A stretch of 64,000 nt of DNA from Trueperaceae bacterium. Lineage in GTDB: Bacteria; Deinococcota; Deinococci; Deinococcales; Trueperaceae. Positions 19,633 to 30,561 of this stretch are shown here, in pieces; the stretch's first letter is position 1, and each line of letters opens with the position of its first letter. The notes beneath the pieces were generated by a model. The model saw only the letters and a program-made list of their open reading frames with translations. It was not told the origin of the DNA and searched no databases. The stretch is taken from contig OZ243927.1 in NCBI GenBank assembly GCA_965213925.1, forward strand, positions 3,904,001 through 3,968,000. Direction: 5' to 3'. The position numbers were made by a program, and so were the translations under genes.

Positions 19633-21615
19633 ATGAGAACTCGAGCCCACCAATTCCGTATTGGTACACGTCAGGCCTTAATCACAGTGTTGGCTAGCGT
19701 CCTACTTTTATTCAGCGCGGCTCACGCGCAGACCTCCCAAAACACACCTTCTTTTTCCTTCGAAGCGCCCGAAGTCGCGCTCGCGGGCATCCCGTTCAGT
19801 CAGACCATCGAGGCGTCAGGACCGGTGGGCGAGCCCCTCGAGCTTGAGGTCGGCGGACAACGTTATCCCATCGCCCCCAACGCTTTCAGCGAAGCCGGCT
19901 TGGGCTTTGAGGCGACGGTAGAAGACATCCAGGTGCCGGTAGGCAGCTTCGACATGCGGCTCGTCCAGGGCGGGGAGACGCTCTCGGAGGGGTCCTCGAG
20001 GGCCATCTTCGGCTGGCTCGCGATTCTGCCGCCGCTCATCGCTATCGCGGTGGCGCTCGTCACGCGCCAGGTGATTCCGGCGCTCTTTCTAGGCATTTTA
20101 GTCGGCGCAGTGACCAGTCACGGCTTTTCGCTCTCCGGTGTGTGGACGGGGCTTTTAGAGACGCTCAACCGTTATGTACTACAAGCTCTCGTCCCACCCG
20201 ACGGCAGCACGGGGCACGCGGCGATCATCGTCTTTACGCTCATGATCGGCGGGATGGTCGGCATTATCTCGCGTAATGGCGGCATGAAAGGGGTCGTGAA
20301 CCGCATCACGGGCTTCGCCTCGACGCCTAGGCGTGGTCAAGTAGCGACGAGTTTTTTAGGCGTCGCCATCTTCTTCGACGACTACGCGAACACGCTCGTC
20401 GTCGGCAACACCATGCGCCCCGTGACCGACAGGCTCAAGATTTCGCGGGAGAAGCTCGCCTACATCGTGGACTCGACGGCGGCTCCGGTGGCAACCATTG
20501 GGCTGATCACGACCTGGATAGGCTTCGAGGTGGGGCTCATCGGCGACGCGGTCAGCAACATCGAGGGCTTCGATATGGCAGCTTACACCATCTTCCTCAA
20601 CTCGATTCCTTACAGCTTCTATCCCATCCTCGCGGTGCTGTTCGTCTTCATGGTGGCGCTCTCCGGGCGGGACTACGGAGCGATGCTCCAGGCGGAGCGG
20701 CGCGCTCGGCGCACTGGGTCGGTGATGCGGGAGGACTCGAGGGTCGACGACATCGGCGACGAGATGGAGCCCAAAGAGGACGTCCCCGAGCGCGCGCTCA
20801 ACGCGATCATCCCTATCGTGGTGCTTGTCGCCGTGGCGATCGTCGGGCTTTTCGCGACGGGCGAAGGCGACAATGTGCAAGACATCATCGGCAGCGCGGA
20901 CTCCTTCACCTCGCTCGTGTGGGCGTCGCTCTTGGGCGTGCTCGCGGCGGCGCTACTCAGCGTGGGTCAGCGAATTTTGTCGTTAGATGAGACGGTAAGC
21001 GCGTGGTACAGCGGGCTTAAAAACATGCTCTTCGTCATCATCATCTTGATCTTGGCGTGGGCGCTCTCCGGCGTGACGGACGTGCTGCATACAGGCGACT
21101 ATCTGGTCTCCATTTTAGGCGAGAGCCTAGCGCCCGCCGTTTTGCCCGCGCTCATCTTCGTTGTGTCGGCGGCGACGGCGTTCGCGACGGGCACGAGCTG
21201 GGGGACGATGGGCATCTTGGTGCCGCTCACGGTGCCGCTGACCTGGGCCATTTTGCAGGCGAACGGGATGGCGTCGCCCGAGCATTACGCGATTCTTTAC
21301 GCCTCGATCGCGTCGGTGCTTTCAGGCGCGGTTTGGGGCGACCACTGCTCGCCGATTTCAGACACCACGATTATCTCGTCGATGGCGTCGGGGTGTGACC
21401 ACATCGACCACGTGCGCACGCAGCTACCCTACGCGCTCACGGTCGGCGTTGTCGGGCTGCTCATCGGCTTGTTGCCAGTTGGTTTGGGCGCGCCCTGGTG
21501 GGTGATGATGCTCGCGGGCGCTCTCGTGCTGGCAGGGGTGCTCTTCACGTTCGGGAAAAACGTTGAGGCGACGGAGGAGAAACAAGCTGGAGCAACAGCC
21601 GCAGAGACAGCTTGA
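19633..21615 (+). CDS. Na+/H+ antiporter NhaC family protein with an N-terminal extracytoplasmic domain
   Basis: FFDDYAN, ISREKLAYIVDSTAAP, GTSWGT and GDHCSPISDTT motifs; AGGAG SD before ATG 19633. Confidence 0.9.
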   Translation: MRTRAHQFRIGTRQALITVLASVLLLFSAAHAQTSQNTPSFSFEAPEVALAGIPFSQTIEASGPVGEPLELEVGGQRYPIAPNAFSEAGLGFEATVEDIQVPVGSFDMRLVQGGETLSEGSSRAIFGWLAILPPLIAIAVALVTRQVIPALFLGILVGAVTSHGFSLSGVWTGLLETLNRYVLQALVPPDGSTGHAAIIVFTLMIGGMVGIISRNGGMKGVVNRITGFASTPRRGQVATSFLGVAIFFDDYANTLVVGNTMRPVTDRLKISREKLAYIVDSTAAPVATIGLITTWIGFEVGLIGDAVSNIEGFDMAAYTIFLNSIPYSFYPILAVLFVFMVALSGRDYGAMLQAERRARRTGSVMREDSRVDDIGDEMEPKEDVPERALNAIIPIVVLVAVAIVGLFATGEGDNVQDIIGSADSFTSLVWASLLGVLAAALLSVGQRILSLDETVSAWYSGLKNMLFVIIILILAWALSGVTDVLHTGDYLVSILGESLAPAVLPALIFVVSAATAFATGTSWGTMGILVPLTVPLTWAILQANGMASPEHYAILYASIASVLSGAVWGDHCSPISDTTIISSMASGCDHIDHVRTQLPYALTVGVVGLLIGLLPVGLGAPWWVMMLAGALVLAGVLFTFGKNVEATEEKQAGATAAETA

Positions 21616-21677
21616 ATGTTGACTGCCGAAGCTTAGCGTTACGTGCGCTTTCACCTAGCTAATCGCTGACCGAATAG

Positions 21678-21714
21678 AGAAGGAAGCCCGCTGTGCCCGA
21701 GCTTCCTTCTTTTT
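21678..21714 (+). terminator. Intrinsic terminator after the NhaC gene
   Basis: AGAAGGAAGC...GCTTCCTTCT followed by TTTT. Confidence 0.7.
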
Positions 21715-22064
21715 CATCTCGGGCGCAGCGAGCGTTCCTGGCGCTGCAACGGTGCACGTGAACCGTTCACGATGAGGTCGACGCGGGTGACGCAGCGTCA
21801 TTCCAGCGAGCGCCAGGCTGCATAGTAGGAAAATTTACAAGACTGCTAAACGCAGTGTGCAACGCTTACTTCTTGTGGGAGTGGGGCTCGAGCTTTTCCT
21901 CGTCCACCCGCGCACTCTTACATCGCTCTGACGCGGTAAAAAATCACACAGGTCGCCTACATGATCTCTTCATACTTTGTTCATGCAGTGCATTAGAGCT
22001 TGATTAGAAGCGTAGTAGGGTCTACCATGTGAATAATTCCATAGGAGGGATTACGGAGGCAACT

Positions 22065-22304
22065 ATGTTCTTTTCATCTTCTTTAGACCGAGCCGCCGAC
22101 CGGCACGTAAGAGCGCAGCTCAAGGCGCGCGAGGCGAAGCGCCAGCAGCGCGGCGTCGCCGAGGCGCTCACCGAACTGCGGCGAGCCGAGGCGCACTGGA
22201 ACGCTGTCTGTAGCGGCGCACCGCACGAAGCTCAGTCTAGCCTCATCGGACGGATTTTCTCCTTAGAAGCGTTCCGGGCGGCGCTCTGGATGATCAAATC
22301 GTAG
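22065..22304 (+). CDS. Small hypothetical protein (79 aa)
   Basis: GGAGG SD before ATG 22065; no recognisable family. Confidence 0.5.
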   Translation: MFFSSSLDRAADRHVRAQLKAREAKRQQRGVAEALTELRRAEAHWNAVCSGAPHEAQSSLIGRIFSLEAFRAALWMIKS

Positions 22305-22906
22305 CACCCGGTGTTGGAGCTGCGAGTTCGTGTCTACGCCGGCGGTCCGAAAACGCTCGACCTTATGGATGGTCGGGACACGCAACTGCTAACCTAGCGA
22401 GCTGTACCCCTTACAATTTCACGGATTATTTTATAAACCTCTACCTGGTTTTCATCGTGGCTCTCCAAAGCTGCGTTTATAGCAGTTCATATAAGCGTTG
22501 AGCTTGATTCATGTAAGCCTTATCTCCGTAAGTACGTGCTAATCGATTAAAGGTGAGACTAGCTCAAACCACACCTGCTACCGACGTCTGCCGAGGTCAC
22601 GGAGTGACGTCTTCCAGCGCTCGCCGTCGCAAACTTCTGCGCACGCGACGTTCTACACGCCTTACGCTATTTGAGAAACATCTTTGGTAGGGCGCTTAAC
22701 AGAGCCCTAGAGGTTTATGTGCTCTACTTTGACGTGTAGTTCTTCACATTTGTAGCGCATACTATCGGGGCTGTAAGACTGTTTTATAGAGGCGGGGAAG
22801 GGCGCTTATGTCGAATAATCCTCGATGAAACTAGGACGGACCAAACGAGGACCGTGTTGCGGCGCTGCTTAGTAGATGTGAACTGCTACAGACGTTAGGA
22901 GGCAAC

Positions 22907-23821
22907 ATGCGCAGATTGACTTTAGTCCTACTCTCCGTTCTCCTCGTGAGCTTCGGCTCCGCGCAAAAGGGAACGCTCACGATCGGCTCGAAGGTTGACA
23001 CCGAGGGAACGGTATTGGCGCAGATTATCCGGCTGATGTTGGAGCAAAACGACTTTGCTGTGAACGACCGCTCAGGCTTCGGGACGACCTCGGTCGTGCG
23101 CGAGGCGCTCTTGGCGGGCGAGATCGACCTCTACCCCGAATACACCGGCTCCGCTTTGACCTTCTTCCCCGACGCGGCGTTGCCCGAAGGCGTCTCCACG
23201 GACGCCCAAGCGCTGTACCAGACCGTGAAAGACCTCGACGCGGAGCGCAACAACGTGACGTGGTTAGAGCAAGCGCCCGCAAACAACACGTGGGCGATCG
23301 CCGTCCCGGAGAGCCTAGCGCAGGAGAACAACCTGGAGACGATGGGCGACCTCGCGACTTACATCAGCGAGGGCGGCGAGTTCAAGCTCGCGGCGAGCCA
23401 GGAGTTCGTGGACCGCCCCGACGCGCTTAAAGCGTTCGAGAGCACCTACGGATTCGAAGTCTCTTCAGATCAGCTCGTCATCTTAGCGGGCGGCAACACC
23501 ACCCAGACCGAAACAGCCGCGGCGCAGGGCACCGACGGCGTCAACGCGGCGATGGCGTACGGCACCGACGGCACCATTTCGGCGCTCGGTCTCACCACGC
23601 TCTCGGACCCGCAAAACGCCGTAGCCATCTACCAGCCTGCGCCTACCGTTCGCGGCGAAATCGCGAGCCAGTACCCCGAACTCGCCGAGATTCTCAACCC
23701 CGTGTTCGAATCGCTCGACGAGGAGACGCTGCAAAACCTCAACGGGCAAGTCGCCGTAGACGGTCTCGACCCGGCGCAGGTAGCCGAGGAATACCTCACC
23801 ACCGAGGGCTTCTTGCAGTAG
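22907..23821 (+). CDS. Osmoprotectant ABC substrate-binding protein, OsmF/YehZ-like, cluster 2
   Basis: IGSKVDTEG, DLYPEYTG, PANNTWAIAV and MAYGTDG motifs. Confidence 0.92.
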   Translation: MRRLTLVLLSVLLVSFGSAQKGTLTIGSKVDTEGTVLAQIIRLMLEQNDFAVNDRSGFGTTSVVREALLAGEIDLYPEYTGSALTFFPDAALPEGVSTDAQALYQTVKDLDAERNNVTWLEQAPANNTWAIAVPESLAQENNLETMGDLATYISEGGEFKLAASQEFVDRPDALKAFESTYGFEVSSDQLVILAGGNTTQTETAAAQGTDGVNAAMAYGTDGTISALGLTTLSDPQNAVAIYQPAPTVRGEIASQYPELAEILNPVFESLDEETLQNLNGQVAVDGLDPAQVAEEYLTTEGFLQ

Positions 23822-23938
23822 TTGTAGCAAGACTTTGAGAGTACATGATGACAAGTCTATGGCGAGAACGAAGGGCTGGAACACTCCAGCCCTTTCGCGT
23901 TTCGCTCGCGGAGAACTCGAGCCGATAACGAGGTGGCT

Positions 23939-25351
23939 ATGCGCGAATCCGTCAACCCTGTAACGCTCTTAGCGAGCGCGGTCGGCATTCTGGGCGTGCT
24001 CGGCACGAACTGGCTGCTCCTCAAGGAGAACCGCATCGTCGAGGGCGAGGCGTACAGCGCCTTCGCGCTGCCACTGGTGTGGGTCTCCCTCTTGCTCGGC
24101 GCTTGGCTCGCGCTTGCGGTGGTGAGCGCCGTCAAATTTAAGGGGCGTCCCTGGGTACTCGGGGGGCTTGCGTCGGCGGGACTTCTTTTAGGCATCGCGC
24201 TGATTAGCCAAGGCACCGAAACGCTGCTCGGTGAGGTGGCGAACGCTGAGCGGGCTAGAGTTTCGCCGCGTGGCGGCGTCTGGCTGACGCTGCTGGCGTA
24301 CTACATCGGCATCTTCGGCACGCTCGGCGAACTGCGCGGCCCTAAGTGGAGGTCCGCGGCGGTCGTCGCGCCGGGGCTCCTCGGCGCGGCGCTCCTCCTC
24401 GCGTTCGGGGCGCTCAGCGACTTGGGGCTCGCCCGCGAGTTCGCGGTGCGCGGCGAAGACTTCGTCTCAGAAGTGGTGCGCCATTTAGCGCTCTCAGGGA
24501 CGAGTGTGCTGCTCGCGGCTGCCATCGGCGTGCCCGCCGCCATCCAAGCGGCGCGGAGCGACCAGGTGGCGGCGTTCGTGCTGCCGAGCGCCAGCTTGCT
24601 GCAGACGCTGCCGTCGTTGGCGCTTTTCGGCCTGATGCTGGGACCGCTGGCGCAACTCGGTAACGGGGTGAGCGTAGGGGCAGCGCTGCTCTTTATCCTG
24701 GTTGGGCTCATCGTCACGGCGGCGCTCATTTGGGGCTTTCGGAGGATGCGGCAGATGCTTTCGGACGCTTTGGAGAGCGTCTACTTGGGCATCACGGTTC
24801 TCGTCGCCCTCGTCCCGCTCGCGCTGCTCACAGTGATTTTGGCGGTTTTTCTCAACGACCTCATCGTAGCAGTGTTCAGCTTCGACTTTAGCGGGCTCGG
24901 CCTTCCTAGCCTCACCGCGTCCCTCTCGGCGCTCGGCGTGCGCGGCATCGGTACGGCTCCGGCGCTCATTGCCCTGACGCTCTACGCGCTCTTGCCGATC
25001 GTGCGCAACTGTTACACGGGCGTCAAAGAGGTGCCTAGAGCCGCGATTGAAGCGGGGCGCGGTATGGGGATGAACCAGCGGCAGATTCTACGCCGCGTCG
25101 AGCTGCCTTTGGCGCTTCCGCTCATCGTGGAGGGGCTGCGGGCGTCGGCGGTGCTGACGATCGGCATCGCGACGGTCGCATTTTTGATCGGGGCGGGCGG
25201 TTTGGGCACCTTTATCGAGAGCGGCATCAGCCAGCAAGTCCCCGACCTCATCCTACTCGGGGCGATCCCAATCATTCTGCTCGCGCTCCTCGTCGACGCG
25301 CTTTTGCGCGGCGTGGGGGCACTCTTGACCTCGCCTGGAATTCGCACGTGA
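23939..25351 (+). CDS. Osmoprotectant ABC permease, YehY-like, cluster 2
   Basis: QTLPSLALFG, EAGRGMGM, GAGGLG; paralog of 8394-10016. Confidence 0.9.
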   Translation: MRESVNPVTLLASAVGILGVLGTNWLLLKENRIVEGEAYSAFALPLVWVSLLLGAWLALAVVSAVKFKGRPWVLGGLASAGLLLGIALISQGTETLLGEVANAERARVSPRGGVWLTLLAYYIGIFGTLGELRGPKWRSAAVVAPGLLGAALLLAFGALSDLGLAREFAVRGEDFVSEVVRHLALSGTSVLLAAAIGVPAAIQAARSDQVAAFVLPSASLLQTLPSLALFGLMLGPLAQLGNGVSVGAALLFILVGLIVTAALIWGFRRMRQMLSDALESVYLGITVLVALVPLALLTVILAVFLNDLIVAVFSFDFSGLGLPSLTASLSALGVRGIGTAPALIALTLYALLPIVRNCYTGVKEVPRAAIEAGRGMGMNQRQILRRVELPLALPLIVEGLRASAVLTIGIATVAFLIGAGGLGTFIESGISQQVPDLILLGAIPIILLALLVDALLRGVGALLTSPGIRT

Positions 25352-25427
25352 ACGTCGTCTGTTTTGGCAAACCGAGCAACATACCTACTGAGAGACGTTA
25401 CGAAAGGCTTCGTGAGAGGGGAACGCG

Positions 25428-26534
25428 GTGATTCGACTCGAGAACGTAACCAAGCGCTACGGCGACGAAACGGCGGTCAAATCGCTGTCCTTCGAGATCG
25501 ACGAGGGCGACCTCGTCGTCCTCATCGGCCCGTCGGGCTGCGGCAAAACCACCACACTCAAGATGATCAACCGCCTGATCGAGCCGACCTCGGGCAAGAT
25601 TTACGTGGACGCTCAAGACACGGAGGACGCCGACCCGCAAGCCCTGCGGCGCGGCATCGGCTACGTGATCCAGAGCATCGGCTTATTTCCCCACATGACG
25701 GTCAAGCAGAACGTCCAGGTCGTCCCCGACTTGCTCGGTTGGGATAAGAAGCGGAGCGCGGAGCGCGCGGACGAACTCCTGCACCTCACCGGCTTGGACC
25801 CTAAGCGCTACCGCGACTCGTATCCCAAGGAACTCTCCGGGGGTCAAGCGCAGCGCGTGGGCGTGGCGCGGGCGCTGGCGGTGGACCCGCCCGTGCTGCT
25901 CATGGACGAGCCCTTCGGCGCGGTGGACCCCTTGACCCGCGAGCGGCTCCAGGAGGAGTTTTTGAAGCTCCAGGGTCAGCTCAAAAAAACCATCGTGATG
26001 GTCACACACGATATCGATGAGGCCATCAAGATGGGTGACAAGGTCTGCGTGATGAACGCGGGCGAGTTGGAGCAGTACGACGCCCCGGAGACGCTCCTGT
26101 CCCACCCTAAGAGCCGCTTCGTGCGGCAGTTCGTGGGGAGCGACCGCGCTTTGAAGCGCCTCAGCCGCGTGAAAGTCAGCGAGTTGTCTCGAGAGGTCGC
26201 GTCGCTAGAACTAGACGCCGCGCCGAAAGAAGCCGAAGCCGCGCTCGCCCAGCGCAGCACGGTTTACGTGACGAAAGAGGGAAGGCTCGTGGGCTGGCTC
26301 GACCGCCGCGCCTTCGCTGACACCAAGGTCGTCGCGGACGCCTACACCGAAGCGGACGCCGAGGTCTACGGCGTCTTGAGCGGCGACGACGCCAAGGACG
26401 CCCTCTCGAGGATGCTCAGCCAGGGCGTCACCGAGATGCCCGTCACCGACGAGCGCGGGCAACTTGTCGGTGTTATCGATATGCAAGTGATTTTAGAGCT
26501 GACTAGCGAACGCGAACAGGAGGCTGCCGCGTGA
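25428..26534 (+). CDS. Osmoprotectant ABC ATP-binding protein with CBS, cluster 2
   Basis: GPSGCGKT, LSGGQAQR, MDEPFGAVDP. Confidence 0.92.
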   Translation: MIRLENVTKRYGDETAVKSLSFEIDEGDLVVLIGPSGCGKTTTLKMINRLIEPTSGKIYVDAQDTEDADPQALRRGIGYVIQSIGLFPHMTVKQNVQVVPDLLGWDKKRSAERADELLHLTGLDPKRYRDSYPKELSGGQAQRVGVARALAVDPPVLLMDEPFGAVDPLTRERLQEEFLKLQGQLKKTIVMVTHDIDEAIKMGDKVCVMNAGELEQYDAPETLLSHPKSRFVRQFVGSDRALKRLSRVKVSELSREVASLELDAAPKEAEAALAQRSTVYVTKEGRLVGWLDRRAFADTKVVADAYTEADAEVYGVLSGDDAKDALSRMLSQGVTEMPVTDERGQLVGVIDMQVILELTSEREQEAAA

Positions 26535-27313
26535 GTGCGCTGACCGGACAGCTCCCCGGCACATCGGAGAAGGCGAAAGCGTGGCTGCAGGTCGCCTTCG
26601 CGGGCGTCGCCTTCGCCGCGCTTTTCTGGCTCTTTGCGCAGCAAGCGTGGTGGGGTGCGCTGCTTGGCTGGCTTTTTCCCGCGCAGCCCACCGTACTTTT
26701 TGAACGTAACACGCTTCTGGAGCTTGCCGTGCAGCACCTCATCATCGTGGGCTCGGCGCTGGCGCTGATCCTCGCCATCGGCATTCCGCTCGGAGTGTGG
26801 CTCACGCGCCCGTCGGGGCGGGCTTTTCTGCCTCTAGCCTCGAGCCTCCTCTCGGTCGGTCAAACCTTCCCGCCCATCGCCGTGCTCGCGCTCGCGCTGC
26901 CCTTTTTCGGCTTCGGTCTGCGCCCGACGCTCATCGCGCTCGTCGCGTACGGGCTCTTGCCCGTAACGAGGAACACCATCGCGGGCTTAGAGGCGGTCCC
27001 GACCACGCTGCAAGAAGCCGCCAAGGGGATGGGGATGGGACCGTGGGAGCGGCTCTTTCGCCTCGAGCTGCCGCTCGCGCTCCGCGTCATGCTCGCAGGC
27101 GTGCGCGTGAGCGCGATCTACACGATCGGCACAGCGACGGTCGCGCCCATCATCGGGGCGGGCGGCCTGGGCGTACCGATCATCGCTGGGCTGACGAACC
27201 GCAACTTGGCGTACGTTTTAGAGGGCGCGGTTCCGGTGGCGCTCTTAGCGCTCGTCGTGGACTTCGCGATTGGACGGCTCGAGGTCGCGCTCACGCCGAC
27301 GGGGTTGGATTAG
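26531..27313 (+). CDS. Osmoprotectant ABC permease, YehW-like, cluster 2
   Basis: GQTFPPIAVLALA and EAAKGMGM motifs. Confidence 0.9.
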   Translation: MSALTGQLPGTSEKAKAWLQVAFAGVAFAALFWLFAQQAWWGALLGWLFPAQPTVLFERNTLLELAVQHLIIVGSALALILAIGIPLGVWLTRPSGRAFLPLASSLLSVGQTFPPIAVLALALPFFGFGLRPTLIALVAYGLLPVTRNTIAGLEAVPTTLQEAAKGMGMGPWERLFRLELPLALRVMLAGVRVSAIYTIGTATVAPIIGAGGLGVPIIAGLTNRNLAYVLEGAVPVALLALVVDFAIGRLEVALTPTGLD

Positions 27314-27318
27314 TGTGG

Positions 27319-28037
27319 CTACTCCTCTTTCGGTTTATGCTTCGCCGCCCACGTCACCTGCCGCCACAGCCCCCTCAGCGCCAAGACCTCACGCTCGCTC
27401 AGCTCGGCGCGGTCAAAGATGCCGCGGAAGAGTTCGCGGGCACTCGCCTCGCGCTGGGCGTCGGTGTAGCCAATCAGGTGGAGCGTCCTGAATAAGTTGG
27501 GCGTACATGGGCTCGAGCACCTCCCTAGGCGCGAGGTCTGAGAGGTCTTTCACCTTTTTTCTTTCTGCGACCTCTTGACGCGCCACGAACCACTCGTACG
27601 CCACGAGCTGCACCGCCTGGGCGAGATTCAACGAGGCGTAGTCGGAGGTGGGAATCTGGATGTAACCCTGGCAGTGGTCCAGGTCCTCGTTGCTGAGCCC
27701 GAAGTCTTCAGGTCCGAACGCCACCGCGACCTCTTCGGCGGGGAGCGTCTGCGCGGCTTCCCTAGCGCTATAGACGCGCTGGTTGTTCGTCCTCGGTCGC
27801 GCCGTCGTGCCGAGGACGAGCTTGCAGCCCGCAACAGCCTTCAGCCAGAGAATTACACTGAACAGCGTTCTCTAAAACGTCACCCGCGTGAGAGGCGAGC
27901 GCGAAGGCACGTTTGCTAAGCGGTCTTTGCGGCGAGACGAGGTAGAGCGCCTCGAGCCCGAAGTTCTTCATCGCGCGGGCGGCTGCGCCGACGTTCGCGG
28001 GTTCTTTAGGGCGGACGAGGATGATTCTTAGGGGCAC
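27319..28037 (-). CDS. trmJ: SPOUT tRNA methyltransferase, TrmJ/LasT family, split by two apparent +1 frameshifts
   Basis: LVRPKEPANVGAAARAMKNFG, FGPEDFGLSNE, ASLNLAQAV and ELSEREVLALRG fall in three frames, with shifts near 27840 and 27487. Confidence 0.8.
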
Positions 28038-28126
28038 ATGGGAGTATAGCAATTCGGCAAAACACCAGTTGAAACACCGCAATCTGATACAAGAACGGCG
28101 GCGCGAACCCGTGCTACCTTGTGAAC

Positions 28127-28711
28127 ATGTTAGGTAAAATCTTCCGAAAAGAGCCGGATAACCCCAAAGTCCCCGCCGGACAGAGCGTCACCGAGCGTTT
28201 TCCCGTCTTGACGTACGGACCGACGCCGCGCGTGAGCGAAGAGGAGTTCGAGCTGCGCGTGTTCGGGCTCGCCGAAGCGCAGACGTTCAACTGGCAAGAC
28301 CTCATGGCGCTGCCGCAGACGACGCTGACCAGAGACTTTCACTGCGTGACGCACTGGTCGAAGCTGGACGTCGGCTGGACGGGCGTCCTCATGACTGATT
28401 TGATGAAGGTGCTCAAGCCTCAAAGCGACGCTACCCACGTGATGTTTCACTGCTACGGCGGCTACACCACGAACCTCGAGATGGACGACTTTTTGGCAGA
28501 CGGGTGCATGGTGGCACATAAGTTAGAGGGCGAGCCCATCCCCACAGAACACGGCGGACCGGTCCGCACGATTATTCCTCACCTCTACGCCTGGAAGAGC
28601 GCCAAGTGGCTCTCGGGCATCGAGTTCATGGACGGCGACAGACCGGGGTTCTGGGAGCGCAACGGCTACCACATGCGCGGCGACCCGTTTAAGGAGGAGC
28701 GCTACAGCTAA
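28127..28711 (+). CDS. Sulfite oxidase-like molybdopterin oxidoreductase (YuiH-like)
   Basis: DFHCVTHWS, EHGGPVR, YAWKSAKW, GFWERNGYH. Confidence 0.9.
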   Translation: MLGKIFRKEPDNPKVPAGQSVTERFPVLTYGPTPRVSEEEFELRVFGLAEAQTFNWQDLMALPQTTLTRDFHCVTHWSKLDVGWTGVLMTDLMKVLKPQSDATHVMFHCYGGYTTNLEMDDFLADGCMVAHKLEGEPIPTEHGGPVRTIIPHLYAWKSAKWLSGIEFMDGDRPGFWERNGYHMRGDPFKEERYS

Positions 28712-28778
28712 AGGCTGGCGAATGAGGGTAAAAAGTGAGGTGGACGTGCAGCTCGAGACGCGTTGAGAGGGGCAAGAG

Positions 28779-29120
28779 ATGGCCAAAGACCAAGAGCAGA
28801 TCAAAAACGAATTTGACGATCTCGTTAATATGACATCCAAGCAGCTAAACGAGTGGTTGGAGACTGAGAAGTCTCAGAGTGTCGGTCAGGACGCGGGCGA
28901 CGGCGAGGCCAAAGGGCACAAGTCGGGTCGGCACATCGTGGACATCTTGCAAAAGAACAAAGCCGACCTCACAGGTGACGACCTGGACCACATGAACAAA
29001 GTCGTGAGCTACATCAAGCGCCACAGAGCGCAAGGGCCTTCAGGCGACGCCGAGGAGAGCGACTGGCGCTACTCGCTGATGAACTGGGGACACGACCCGT
29101 GCAAGGAAGGCAACTGCTAG
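28779..29120 (+). CDS. DUF3140 family protein
   Basis: VNMT..L..WL..GHKSGRHIV..WRYSLMNWGHDP pattern. Confidence 0.85.
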   Translation: MAKDQEQIKNEFDDLVNMTSKQLNEWLETEKSQSVGQDAGDGEAKGHKSGRHIVDILQKNKADLTGDDLDHMNKVVSYIKRHRAQGPSGDAEESDWRYSLMNWGHDPCKEGNC

Positions 29121-29161
29121 TTGACGCCGCTCACGCGCTGAAGAAACGTGCACCAAAGAAC

Positions 29162-29200
29162 AAGACCGGACGAGCAGCTAAGCTGCTCGTCCGGTCTTTT
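29162..29200. terminator. Long hairpin terminator between convergent DUF3140 and rpsT
   Basis: AAGACCGGACGAGCAGCT-A-AGCTGCTCGTCCGGTCTT plus T run. Confidence 0.8.
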
Positions 29201-29213
29201 CCTAATAACGCTT

Positions 29214-29480
29214 TTAAGCTCGTATCTCTTGCAAGCGTTTCGCCAAACGCGACTTCTTGCGCGCGGCGGTGTTCTTGTGGAGCGTCGAGCCTTTCGCGGC
29301 TTTGTCGATGAGGCTCACCGCGACTTTACGGTACTTCTCGGCGTTGGCGCTGTCGCCCGCTTCGGCGGCGGCGACCGCTTTTTTGCTAAAGGTGCGAATT
29401 GTGCTCTTCATCGCGCGGTTTTTCGCGCGCGCCTCTTGCGACTGGCGGTGGTACTTCATTGCGGATGGATTTCTTGCCAT
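29214..29480 (-). CDS. rpsT: 30S ribosomal protein S20
   Basis: [41 protein letters not shown]. Confidence 0.97.
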   Translation of the reverse strand: MARNPSAMKYHRQSQEARAKNRAMKSTIRTFSKKAVAAAEAGDSANAEKYRKVAVSLIDKAAKGSTLHKNTAARKKSRLAKRLQEIRA

Positions 29481-29780
29481 GCTCTTCCTCTTTCTTAGCC
29501 CCTATGTCGGGTATTCAAGGTGTGCCCATTTTTTAACCTAAAGATAGCGCCCAGCGCTGTAACCTTGAAAGTGTAGCATAGCGAGGTGCGTAGAGGCAAC
29601 GCCGTGAGACAGAAGAAATTGCCTAAAGGTTACACAATTTCTCGGCTCTGAACGACGGACCTCTTTTGTGTATCGCTTGAAAAAATCTGACTGGGGCGGA
29701 ATCTCGAGACTCTCGCAGAACTTAACCAACGCCGTATTTAGATTGCTCGAGCAAACCGACGCCGATTCTTACAAACTCAC

Positions 29781-30470
29781 TCAACGTTCCTCGGACAACC
29801 CCACGTGCTCCATCAGCCGGGCGACTTGCGCTCTAAGCGCCGCGACCTCTTGACGCAGCGAGGCGACCTCACTTTGCGGCGAAGCGTAGCTCGGAGGTGC
29901 GGCAATGCCTGAACTCGAGCCCGAGACGACTCTCGGAGGCTCCCCCTCGGTCCCGCGCACCCTCGGCTTGAGCTTTTCCGGGTCGACGCCTAGCGTGTGG
30001 TTCCAGCGGTCCTGGCTCTGCCCGGGCCCGCGTCCATAGTTTTTGACCAGGGGCGGGCGGTGCTCTTGCAGCCGCGCCAAGCTCTCCTGGGCGGCGGCCA
30101 CGTCTGGAAAGTGCGTGTAGCGCTCCGTGCGCGTGCGCAGCTCGCCGGGCGTCTGAGGACCGCGCAGCATCAGCACGGCGAGCACGGCGAGGTCGCGACC
30201 TCGCACGTCGAGCGCTTCGACCAGTCTATGGTGATGCTTGACGGCACGTTCGCTCACGCCTCTTGAAGATTGCGTCAGACCTTTGTCGCTCAAGAGCCGC
30301 AAGGTAGCCTCGACCTCGAGCGAGTCGTAGGCAGTCACCGGGTCGCGATTAGTCTTCTGGTTGCACGCCAGCACGAGCGCGTTGGTCGACAGGGGGTACG
30401 CTTCGGGGGTGGTGCGCTCCTTCTCGACCAGCGAGCCGAGCACGCGCAGTTCGATGTCGCTTAAACTCAC
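29781..30470 (-). CDS. DUF480 / YceH family protein
   Basis: ELRVLGSLVEKERTTPEAYPLS.NAL..ACNQKTNRDPV; LMLRGPQTPGELRTRTER. Confidence 0.9.
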   Translation of the reverse strand: MSLSDIELRVLGSLVEKERTTPEAYPLSTNALVLACNQKTNRDPVTAYDSLEVEATLRLLSDKGLTQSSRGVSERAVKHHHRLVEALDVRGRDLAVLAVLMLRGPQTPGELRTRTERYTHFPDVAAAQESLARLQEHRPPLVKNYGRGPGQSQDRWNHTLGVDPEKLKPRVRGTEGEPPRVVSGSSSGIAAPPSYASPQSEVASLRQEVAALRAQVARLMEHVGLSEER

Positions 30471-30561
30471 GTCAAGAGTGTAGCAAATTGGGGCTTTTCG
30501 TGCCTACTTCTGAGAGAAGAATATGAAACCTCTCACAAGGCACATGGTCGCGGAACAAGAC

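Noticed and set aside
22791..22804. CGGGGAAGG as a target of the mini-array spacer
   Set aside because: Only nine contiguous matches, with a mismatch at seed position 1; expected by chance in 64 kb.
22305..22906. c-di-AMP (ydaO) riboswitch or other ncRNA before osmoprotectant operon 2
   Set aside because: No recognisable conserved motifs.
27319..28037. trmJ as a true pseudogene or programmed frameshift
   Set aside because: Both breaks are single extra bases in short runs with otherwise intact motifs and no slippery site; this fits long-read indel error. Needs a read check.
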